NCBI RefSeq assembly: GCF_035594765.1
Contig: NC_085847.1
Coordinates: forward strand, 9,238,001 to 9,302,000
Direction of reading: 5' to 3'
Length of the DNA: 64,000 nt
Origin: Anolis carolinensis
Lineage: Eukaryota
The notes below the pieces were generated by a model. The model saw nothing but the letters and a program-made list of their open reading frames with translations, searched no databases and had not been told where the DNA came from. Made by a program: the position numbers and the translations under genes. Below, one piece after another: positions 24,670-36,400 of this stretch. How positions within the stretch are numbered: position 1 is the first letter of the stretch; each line of letters starts with the position of its first letter.

Positions 24670-27600
24670 TAGACGATGTGGCGGGAGGACAGCCATCTCT
24701 CTCGTTGTGCATCTGCGCCAAGCTTTCTCGTGAATATCACCAGTGTTACAAACCACCAGAAAGTAATTTTTCCCCATTCTGATGTCAACAATATATCAGT
24801 GGAATCCAAACGGAGGGAATGTCTTCAGTGATGCCCGAGCTGTGAGACCATCCTGGATTAATTAAGACAAATGTTTGCCCAAACCCAACCCTTTCCCATC
24901 GATTGTGCAAAAAACCACAACAAAAAAACCCTTAATTCAGAAATAGTTTATTTAGAATATTAAAAAGATCTGCAATTGACATTGCCTCCCCACCCACCCA
25001 TCCCCTTTAAACCCTGTTTATTGCCTGTTTTACCTTGCAACACCCTGAATCTTCAATAAAGACACACATTCACTCTGTTTGCATATCCAACCGTGGTGTC
25101 CATTCCCTTTTCTAATATGGCCGGCCTGACTAGACAACTGCTTTGTGGGAACTGTGGCTAGAGCGGAAACGACCTTTGGGGACTGCATGAGGTCTATGTT
25201 TGAGTTGGGATGTCAACAATGGTCCCCAAAAGTGTCGACTGGAACACAGCTACTCATTATTTGCACTCCTGTATCCATGCCTTTGGGATCCAGCAATGTC
25301 AGTGCAGAATTTAGCAGCTAGGAGGAGGAATTTAGGTTCCTGAGAGTCGGCCACCAGTTTCTACAAGCATGTTTCTAGTCCTCTTGATTATTCTTGGGGG
25401 GGGGGAGGGCTTTGCAGTACCTCCTGTGTCCTGAGGATGAGTTCTAGTGGCATTCTAGCACACCCGAGTTCAACAAAGGCGGTTTAAGATTTGAGAGCAG
25501 CCTAGGGAATCAGTATACAAAAATGACTGGGCTGAAAGAAAATTTACTAGTGTGCGGAGCTGGTTTTACCTAAGTTTTGTAGAAGAGGGAGCTCTTTGTG
25601 GGCCAAGCATAGAAATACAGGCCTAATCTGTTTGAGCAAACCAATATAAGATGTGCCATCTATCCAATGGAAACCCCAGATAGGTTTCGGTCATCACACA
25701 ATATTTGCACTATGCATGGTGAAAAGGGGTCTTATGCTATGTCCCTTGTTGGGCTCTAGAGGTTGAGGAACTGCAACTCCCATCCACACTTACCATTGGC
25801 TATCCTAGCTAGGGCTACTGGGATGTCAAGTGCAATGTCTAGAGGGCTGCACATTGCTCCTCCTGCGTTAATATGACGCTTTAACGCTTTGACACAATGT
25901 CTTCCCACCCGTATTTTAATGTGAAGCCTAAAAGAGTTCTAGAATAGTTGTTCTCTGTCTCCAGTCTGCCAGATGTTTGGACTTCCAACCCCCAGAAACC
26001 CATAGCTAACAGTCAGTGTTTCAGGGATTTGAATCTCAAAACACTGAAAGCCACTGTTCTAGACAACTTTGTGACATTTTTATTAGTCCGGATAAAGGTG
26101 GTTGGGGTCGAAGCTGCGTGGCAGATGACAAAAAGTCTGGGAAGACAAGCTTTTTCTTTAATGGAAGAAATGGAAGATAGCAATTTGCCTTACTGCCCAT
26201 CCAAACACACATCCTTATAGCTTAGGACTATCTAATGTGAGTGGCATCAAGCTTTCAAAGCCAAACGCTCCGAGAGTTTGATTCCTTTTAACAGAAGAAG
26301 TCCATCTCTTCAAGATAAGACGCAGCAACATAAGATGCATCACACCTTAAGTAGAAGAACAATAAATTTGGCCACCGGGAAACAACTTTTTGCACCTGCT
26401 TTTCTGCATTTAAAAAAAGGGTTTCGGTTCAGGCTGCCCTGTCCTGCAGCATCAGGCTCTCATCCCAAGAGGAAAACCTTCAAAACAAATGGCAGTTCTT
26501 TTTTTCCCCCCAGCCAGCACAAAGCAGCAGCAGCTCAAAGTTGCAAAGCAGGGCTCACTCAGGACACGTTGCAAGTGGCCCCTTGTACCCAGTTTAAGGT
26601 GCACACACACTGCCCAAAATGGGCCACGCACATTTGGCACCCGAGGCAGAAAAGCCCAGGAAAACTCCGCAAAAGAAAGGGCAGTTTTCCTCGAATGGCA
26701 AAATGAGACTGCAAAAGGGGTCGCTGAAAACCGGAGGGGCTGTACCAACTCTGGGAAAAGCTGTTACAAGTTGTGCTTGGGAAAAGGCAACTCTCAAAAG
26801 TATCGCCAATGACAAGCCAGTGGCCGTGTTCTGGGAGTTGTAGTCCAAGAAAGGAGCTCTTCCACACTTTAGAGGACCAGCAGGCCATCCATGCCCGCTC
26901 TCTTCCAACGTAAAGCGGTATTCTTTGCCCTCGCCAAATTGTACAGAAGCCTTTCCGGAAGACGGTAGCGTAAGTGCGGAGGTGAAAAACCTCCGAAAAA
27001 GAGGGCCCTGCAAACTGCCCTGAGAAAATACTAAAGGGAGATGAACTATGCACCAAAGCCCTCTCAGGAACAGCCTGATAAGAAGCTGGATTTTCCCAAG
27101 GCTATGGAGGCCCAATGGGGCACCCCTTGAGAGGCTGCCTGGGATCCAGAGAAGATCCGAACCAAGCACAACGACAGAAATCTGAAAAGCTTTGCGTTCC
27201 AAAAGCGCCAAAGAGATCACACTCTCCGTGAAAAAGGGAAAACGCCAGGATGGGAAAGAGCTCGTTTTTAAAAGGTTAGCATGGATTTCAGCCGTTTAGT
27301 GTTTGTTAATATAATCATAGAATCCAGAGCAAAATGCGAGGCACTGTCGCCTTGTCAATCGTGTTTGTAGGCACTATAAATAACAAACCAAAAATAAAAT
27401 AAACACAGTTCTCACCCATCTGGGGGGGGGGGGTGATCCCATTCCAGTCCGCTCCATTTCCAGCCCGCTCCATTTCCAGCGTGGGCTTAACAAGAGATAA
27501 GGAGTTAAGATCGTCGTCCAGAAAAGTCCTTCTCCAGAAACTGGGCAAGCAGCGTCCAAGGGGATCAACCGGACAGGAGTCAAACTCTTCTGCAATGGCA

Positions 27601-27889
27601 TCCGTCTCTTCTTTTTGGTTAAAGGAAACTTGTTAAGCAATGTTAACACAGCGGTCCAAACTCATGGCAAATAATCTAGCAAAGTGACTACAGCAGAGGA
27701 GACAAAGCCATTGCTAGAGAGACTGGGATCTAGTTTTCAGAGTGCAGTCCCCCGAAGGAAATGTTAAGGACTCCGCTGTGGCCACTCGGTTCAAACGAAG
27801 CCCCGTAGCCAACGGAATAAGGCAAAGGAATGGGGTGGGGAGTACAGTTTCCGTGTTTCAATGGGCCATCACCACCACTAGCTCCCAAG

Positions 27890-30800
27890 TCACAGGTGTT
27901 GCAGGGCCTCCAGGCCTTGTTCAGTGTAGACGTCGTCTTTGTTTGAGTCGGCCCATTCGCCAAAGGAGCCCTGGAAGGAGGCATTTCTCTGCGCGGCTGG
28001 CATCCGCTTCTTGTCGCGGGAGAAGAAACTAAACCTTACAAAACAAATGGGAAAAGGGGATGAGATACTGTACAGACCTCGAGGTTTAGAGCAGCGAGAG
28101 CTGACTGTTTCGATCAACACGCCAAGAAAATGCATGACCAAATGCTAAAAGGGCAGACCAAATCGGACTGTTTCCGGTTAGACTCGCTTATTTAGCAACC
28201 AGCTCTGTGAACCCCGAGAAGGCTACGGCTATTATGTTCTCACTAGCTGTTTGTAAGGAATTGCTTCCTATTTCTAGGGATAATAATAACAACAACAACA
28301 ACTACACTAACCTAAAAGTGAGCAACCACAGAGGGCAGTTCAAACTCCAATTATAATTATTGCTGCTGACTGCATCGAGGAAAGGGCAGCTTCGATATGA
28401 AAACCACAGAAAAAAATACAAGTCCAATTTTTAATTACACCAAATGAGTGCATCCTCACTTCTCTTTCAGAGTTTGAGACCAATTTGAACCTAATCATAA
28501 AATGACATATAATGCGATGCCAACATTTGAGGTTTTGTCAGTACTACATGAAGCACGGAACCTGATGCAAATTAAATAATGTAATTTTTTTAAAAAACCT
28601 TTGCAATTTGTCAGTAGGCAGGCACACAAAAAGCAGGGTTACACTGCATCAATGATTAATATGCTTATATATAGCAGAAGCCACCAATTGGCTCTTCTTT
28701 GTCTCAAAAGCACATATACACACAGCCCTCTGTAACCGGCAGAGCATTCCTGACATTATGGCAATGTTAAAACACATTTAAACTCTTGTTAACTGTGTAA
28801 GAGCTAGTGCGTCTCAATTGGGCTAGCTTGTAGAATATAACACAATAGACAATGGAGCCTGAGATGAGAAATTGTGGGCTAAGGTGAGGCCAAAAAAGGC
28901 AGAAGGAATGGGCAAAGTGTAACTAGAATCAGCTTACTGAACTGAGAGCTGTTCAATAGGGGAACTCTCTGCACTGGAGTCTGGTGGAAGCTTTTAAACA
29001 GAGGCTAGATGGCCATCTGTCAGGGGGATTTTGATTGTGCTTTTCCTGCATGGCAGAATGGGGTTGGACTGGATGGCGCATGGGATCGGTTCCAACTCTA
29101 TTATTCTATGTATGACCAAATATTTGCTTATAAAAGTCTAACTGAAGTTAGTGGCCCAGAGGAGTACCAAATCAAGACAAAAGTACGGAACACGGATATC
29201 TTGGAAATTAAGTGGGCACAGCATGCAGCAAAGGAGCATTCTGATTGGCCACATTTTCTTTCCTTTTTTTTTTAAAAAAAGGAAATGTTTATGATCCCAC
29301 AAGTCAGCCAATGAGAATACAACCAGGGTTAAAGTGAGGAACAGCAGCGTGTCATGCGCAAACTCGGGGACCCCAAACTCCGCCGTCACCCATTGCAAAA
29401 GGAACATTTCCTACAAGGGACATAAGTCTTCTTATTGGCTGCAATGTGGGATCATCGGGGATCAGTCCGGCAGCTACCATGGGCATTATAGCTGTAAAGA
29501 TCCTGGTTGGGGAAAGGACAGACACACAGACACAAAAGATAGGAGACTTCAGTCAGACATGGAAGGTATTCAGATATACAGGGAAGGGCAAGGAAGGAAG
29601 TCGGAAAAGTCAAACAAACAATGTGGAAGTTAAGTGTGGAGTATTTCACACAGGAATACCATCTTTCTTCGAATGTACGATTTTTTTCCCCACCGTATAA
29701 GCATCACCACACTTTCTGTCCCTGTGAGAATTGGATTTTGGAAACTGAAGGGAGCACCTGAATTGCATTCTAGGGCAAGTGTGGGCAAAGCACAGCTCTG
29801 GGGTGGGCAGCTGGCCTCCCAAGTTGTTTTTGTGGATCCACCTCCAGACTCTCCAGAGATCACACCGCCTTTCCCCGAAGCCTCCGGGAGCAGTGATTCA
29901 CCTTTCCAAGCACTTACAGAACCCTCTGTGCAGTTTACAAAAACATTCTAAGGGTTCTGTGAAAAATATTTTTAAAAAGACCATGCCTAAGTATGGCAAT
30001 CTTCTTGAAAGTCAATGCTCCTCTGATAGACGTATAGCTGCCAGCCGCCAGAAAGGCTATCTGAGCAATGCTCCCTGCTGTGTCCATTTATCCATGCGAA
30101 TAGGGCTTTTCAGTTCAGGATTGTACAAAAAAACTACGTTGGATGCTGTTCCACATCGGCACATTCAATGGCCTAATTTTAAAACTATCTGAACTATCAA
30201 AATGAAACCATTTCATTGATCACTCCAGGTGTGAATCCAATGTTTTCCCATGTTTTATTTATTTATTTATTTATTTGTGACATTTATATCCCTCCCTTCT
30301 CACCCCAAAGGGGACTCAGGGCTGTTTACAAGTTATATGTACATACAATATATTATATTATTAGCATAGCACAATATAAGCATTACATATTACTATATTG
30401 TACTATACAACTATATTGCAATATTATTAGTAATATTATAAGTAATATATAATATATATTATATGTTATAGCCAATAACTATCAATCCAAGGCCCCAAAT
30501 GATTGTATCAAATGTCCTTGGAGAACTGTTTATCTCTGGAGTTTTTTCCCCAGAGTATTATTATTATTATTAGCAACATTTATATCCCACCCTTCTCACC
30601 CCAAAGGGGACTCAGGGCAGCTTACAAGTTATATGTATACACAGTAAATTATATTATTAGCATAGCACAATATAAGCACTATATATTACTATATTGTACT
30701 ATACCACTATAATGCAATATTATTAGCAATATTACATGTAACGTATAATATACAATTATAATAGTGCATTATTATATTTTATTACATTATATTATTATCA

Positions 30801-33307
30801 ATATTATTTGTATATGCAATATATTATTAGTATAGTATGATATACTTTGGCTTAGAAATGGAGATGAGCACCAACCCCCAGAGTCAGACATGACTGGACT
30901 TAATGTCAGGGGAAACCTTTACCTTTTACTATGATATTATTATTAAAAGTAGTCTTTTCTTCCTATTGGTGTTGTGGCTGCCATTCTGATCACTGCACCA
31001 CCTTGTTGCATACCTCAAGGTGTTAATTCAGGATACAACGGAGATCACCCAAGCACTTTTCCTCCCTGCTCCTGAGCTAAACACAGCTCCGAGACATTCC
31101 CGACCGAGTTACTGCCGGGAGCTGCTATTATTAGCGTGGAAAACAGCACACACAGTTATTATTATTCTCCCCTGGCTTGCCACAGCTCTACAGCCGGCCA
31201 GTTGCATCACTCATCCCGCGACGCACACACGGGCTTTTGTCTCTCTCCTCTTTAAGGCCAGCAACAAATGAGCGAGACAGCCTTTCAAACAAAAAGCTGC
31301 TTTCTGCTCGCTGTATAAAACGACACAGAGGAGCGCTGGCCTTTTTTAAAAAAGCAAACAAACAAATCCTGCTCAAACGTTGATGTTTCTTAATTTTCTT
31401 CCCACTTTCAAGCCACCTCTGATTCACCAATGCCATCACTGTACCATGCCAGTCTCACATAGGCAACAGTGTGGAGAGAGGCACTGCCAGCAGACAAATA
31501 GCTTGTTGTCCCCTCCAATGCGGAATCACTGCTGCTAACTGACTCAAAGCCATGGGTTCAAATGACAGGGAAGGAGATTCCACCTGAACATTAGGAAGAA
31601 CTTCCTGACTGTAAGAAAAGCTGTTCAACAGTGGAACTCTCTGCTTTGGAGTCTGGTGGAAACTCCTTCCTTGGAGGCTTTTCAATAGAGGATGGATGGC
31701 CATCTGTCGGGGTGGCTTTGATTGTGCTTTCCGAGAAAATATAGTTTGAGATGAAGTTACAACATGAATATTTTTTCCTGAGATGCTCTTAATTTTGCAG
31801 TTTTTCCCCTGGTGCCATCACTACAGTTTCAAGTGAAAAAAAAATAGATAACTTACAGCCGTTTGATTCCAGATTCTTGCTGGATGGTTGGTTTGGAATT
31901 CATGATGGTCGTCGGCTGGGCAGATCTCGTGTCCTCGTCGGCTTCGTCGCTTTAAAAAAAAGGCCACACACAAGTTACATATCACATTATCTCACATAGA
32001 GATCACTTTCTCTCAACGGCACTGGGCAATATCAACATAGGAGCTAGTATGAAAGTCCATGATAGGATAAGAATCTGAAAGTTTGCTTGAGCCTTCTCTG
32101 GCCATGTGGGAACTTCCACATATATGTATTCACGCATGTGTATCTTGCCTTTCTACCAGTGCTGAACCCCAAACAACATAGGAAATAAATTAAAACAATA
32201 CAGCTAAAAACCAGTAAGTTTAAAAACATATAATAGCAAATTAAAACCATTTAAATTGTGGAACCTTCTTGTGTTAATGGGAAATTTGTGATGGCTGAAC
32301 TTGGCCTAGAACGGCAACAAACAGAAGTCGAAAAAAAGTCACACCTCTTATAATACAGAAGCTCCTCTTGCAGCAAAAATACTTTTGATTTCAGTTCGTT
32401 TCTCTCATGCAAGACATCCCGCAGCTCTTGCAACGTAAACCTGGGCCGGTTGGGATCTTTCAAGTCCATGGCCAGCTTCTCTGATTCCAAAATATAGTCG
32501 TCATTATTTGGTTCTTCCACCTGGAGGACCGAGGAGAAGCCTGAGTTGACACTTTGGTTCGGCTCTAAGTTACATTAGCATTGAAAGGTTTCATATAAGA
32601 AAAGCAAGAGGAGCCCAAAGCATTCTGTACAATTCAAATTTGATTTCTTAAGGATGCCTTCCTTCAGCATCCTTAAGAAAGACATGATATAAGCCTCCTT
32701 TTTCCAATAGTATATTCATGTCCGGGTTTAAAAACAGTTGACTACTTAACTGTCTACTTGACAGCTGAAACGAACAGTGCAAACATGTATTGGTTATTTA
32801 TAGCACATATAGTCTGCTCTGTAGCTGGAAAGGCTCTCGAGCAGCTTATATAGGACTTTTGCAAGATCAAATCCCTCCCCATCCCACACATTTCTCTGCC
32901 CATGCTGGAAACAGGACATTCCATACATATGCCTGTTTGGTTATCCATTCCTTTTGGAATTAAAAGCTCTGTTCTCCTTGTTATTCAGAGTTTGGAAACC
33001 ATTTTTAGAGACCAGAACTCTGAGAATTCCTCAGCTAGCAGGAAATACTTCTACCAATCACCTTAGACCTCTCTCTCTCTGTCTGGCCTGCCTTGCCTCT
33101 CTGTCTGGCCTGCCCCGTGTTATGAATAATATAATAATAATAACTTTATTTTTGTATCTCCCCAAAGGGACTCAGGGTGGCTTACATGGGGCCAAGCCTG
33201 GATAATTACAATAGAACAGAGGTCCCCAAACTTTTAAAACTGGGGGCCAGTTCACGATCCCTCAGACCGTTGGAGGGCCGGACTATAGTTGGCCACCGAG
33301 CAATAAT

Positions 33308-33343
<36 letters not shown>

Positions 33344-33442
33344 AATATATTTAGCCCAACCCTCTTCTCGCTTTGTGCACCAAAAGCACAAGCAAAGCAC
33401 CCCTGACAGATGCCACCCAGCCTCAATGTTAATAATAACAAC

Positions 33443-33493
<51 letters not shown>

Positions 33494-36400
33494 GAGGGTT
33501 GGAAGAGACCCCTTGGGCCATTTAGCCCAACCCCATTCTGCCTTTGTGCTATGGGGGCCGGATAGATGGCTTTGATGGGCTGCATGTGGCCCGGGGGCCG
33601 TAGTTTGGGGACCCCTGCAATAGAAGATACAATAGAGGGAGCACAGCTATGTACACTGCCTTATGTTCATTGCCTATGGGATAAAAATGTTAACTAATAT
33701 ATAAATAATGTCGATTATGCCGAAGAATCAAATGGAGGGCTTTTTAAAATGTACAGGCACCAATGTTCAGGTCTCTTTTTTAGAGCAAGNNNNNNNNNNN
33801 NNNNNNNNNNNNNNNNNNNNNNNNNNNNNNNNNNNNNNNNNNNNNNNNNNNNNNNNNNNNNNNNNNNNNNNNNNNNNNNNNNNNNNNNNNNNNNNNNNNN
33901 NNNNNNNNNNNNNNNNNNNNNNNNNNNNNNNNNNNNNNNNNNNNNNNNNNNNNNNNNNNNNNNNNNNNNNNNNCTTCTCCATTTTGGCTAGGCTCCCCCT
34001 GCAGTTTCTCTCGCAGCTTCCCCAGCTCGGCCCGCAGTGCTCCCATCTCCTGCTCCTTGGTCTGAAGGTATGCCTCCAACTCCACTTTCTGCTCAATGAG
34101 GGCTTTCCCTTGAGCCTCCACAACCGTGATGCGGTGGCGCAGGTCATGATTGATCTTCATCAGCCTGTTTTGCTGCTGTTGGAGCTGCCAGAGCATGAAA
34201 GGAAAGGAGCAACGTATTTAAAAATGCAATTAAATTAAATGCGAAGCTTATTAAAACAGAACCAAGTTTGTTTGTTTTGTTATTTAAAAATCAGATGATC
34301 ACAAACTGCTGGATAAGCAATTAAATGCCCAATGATTCACTGAATCCACACCTCAAGGAATAATCTTCAAATGGACTCAAATCTTAAACACTTACAGCTT
34401 CTACGTCCTCATTTTTAAGCCCGAGCTCTCGGTCCTTTGCTCTGATTTCATCTCGTTGTTTGTCTACCACCTCCTTCAGCTTTTTCATCACTTGCCGTTC
34501 CCTCTCTGACATTCCTGTTATGAAAAAGACGAGAGAAAGAGAGAGAGAAGGGGGAATGACATGGAAAGGGCATGCCTGGTTAGAACCCGAAACCAACACA
34601 TTCCACTTTAAGGCAGTTCCATTTGTGATCTATGAATTCATTTTATACCAAAGCTTGTTTGCTTCCCACCCCCAAGAGTGACACAAAAATGGCACTCCAC
34701 TCACTTAAAAAAAATATTTAAATCGTAACAGGAAAAAAATCCATTTTCAAATGGTCTGCTTTTGATCAGCCCTCTTGATCCCACTTTGGTTGCTTGTTTT
34801 GCAACTTACACCACGGACACAATAACATTGGGAAAGTATTATTTCTTGTCTCCAACCAGGGATTTCACATAAGGAAAAACAATCTCCACAGTAACACCAT
34901 TATGAAGTTCTGGTGTTACTACACAAATAAGCCAACACATGACAAAGAAGGAGCCAAACCTGAAGCCGCCAGTTGTGTCGGGGAGGGAGGATTCATCACC
35001 TTGCACAACAACGTTTCTCTCTTCCTCAGTTTTTAACTCAGGCGGATTTGTGGGGAAAGGAAAGCTTCTCTGGCCAGGTGGGGAAGGGAAAGTGATGCCT
35101 TCTCCCACTCAGAAAACACCTGCCTTGATCCAAGCCCTGGAGGCCCAGGAAATGCTCAGCACACAACGTTTCGGCACACAACGTGGGAAATCTCGAGCGC
35201 TCCAGTTTGACTTGTTTGCTCTCTTGCCTCCCTTACAACACTCTTCAATTTGATTTTTTTTCTGTTCCTGGCTTGACAGTGTTATTCCCATTTAATTGTG
35301 CGGTGCTTACTTTGAAAGTAGCTGTTCTATTCCAAAAACTTTGTTTGTGTGGCTGCCACAAACTAGATTGAGACTCAACGAGCTATTCATTGCAAAACTA
35401 GAGCAAAAAGTGCTGCAGGATGTCCCTCCTGCAAAAAGTTTAATAAACTTCACCCATGTTTTTATGATCAAAGGTATTAGGAAATGACATTTATAACCCA
35501 GGAGCAAAAACTGTGTTGCAGTATATAGTGTTATGCTTCATTTAAGACCATTCTTGAAACCAACTTGACCATATACTTTTATTGTTACCGTACATACCGG
35601 TACTAATATATGCCTAGCTTAATAATAATCTGTCCTCTAAGATCCAATTTTGATATTTATGATCCAGATATTCCTTTGAACCCCACTTAATAGGACCTTG
35701 GGGCACTATCCCTTGCCTGGGAGGTGTCTCAGCCATGGGTCCTCCTGTTCTTTGACCTCCCTTTGTACATTTAGATTTATGCCAGCATACATTTGACTGA
35801 ACCACACTGGAGCCTTGGCAGTTTCTGCCAGTCTCCTGATTCAGCATTTGTCGTAAAGTTAATTGTAGGACTCTCACCTCAGAGCTGCTTTGAAGACTTC
35901 ATAGGACAAGTTTGACTACTTCTGCCTTTAAATCCAGAGAGGAGCTACTAAATCATTTCAGTGTTGTCATTTTTCCATCCTCCAACTATTAAACATTTTC
36001 TGGTGCTTTCTCATTTTAAACAACATTTTTATATGATAAAGGTGGTGTAGAAATCACTGGTTGGCCTCCTTACTTACAATACTATGGGCCCTTCCAGACA
36101 GACCCGACACCCCAGAAGACAAAGGATAACAAGCCCTGTCTGTTTGGCTTTGGAGACTATTCAGACTGTATTGCTGTATTTATACCCAATCGTGTCACCC
36201 TCCCATGGAGGAAAAATTACAAGAAGGAAAAAACGGGTTCAGTCTGAGCCTTAAGGCAGCTCATGCATCCTCCTTCCAAATGGCCTGAGACACTGCATCG
36301 ACTAATTGGGTCTTCCTTGTCGAAGGCTGAGAGAACAAAAGGAAGGAGACTTTGCCAGGAGAAAAGGACAAACCGGTAACTGCTGGGCATGTTCCATTCC

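Noticed and set aside
26278-27650. ORFs of 100-208 aa downstream of the RILPL1 stop
   Set aside because: They lie in the probable 3'UTR, with no recognisable homology or splice structure.
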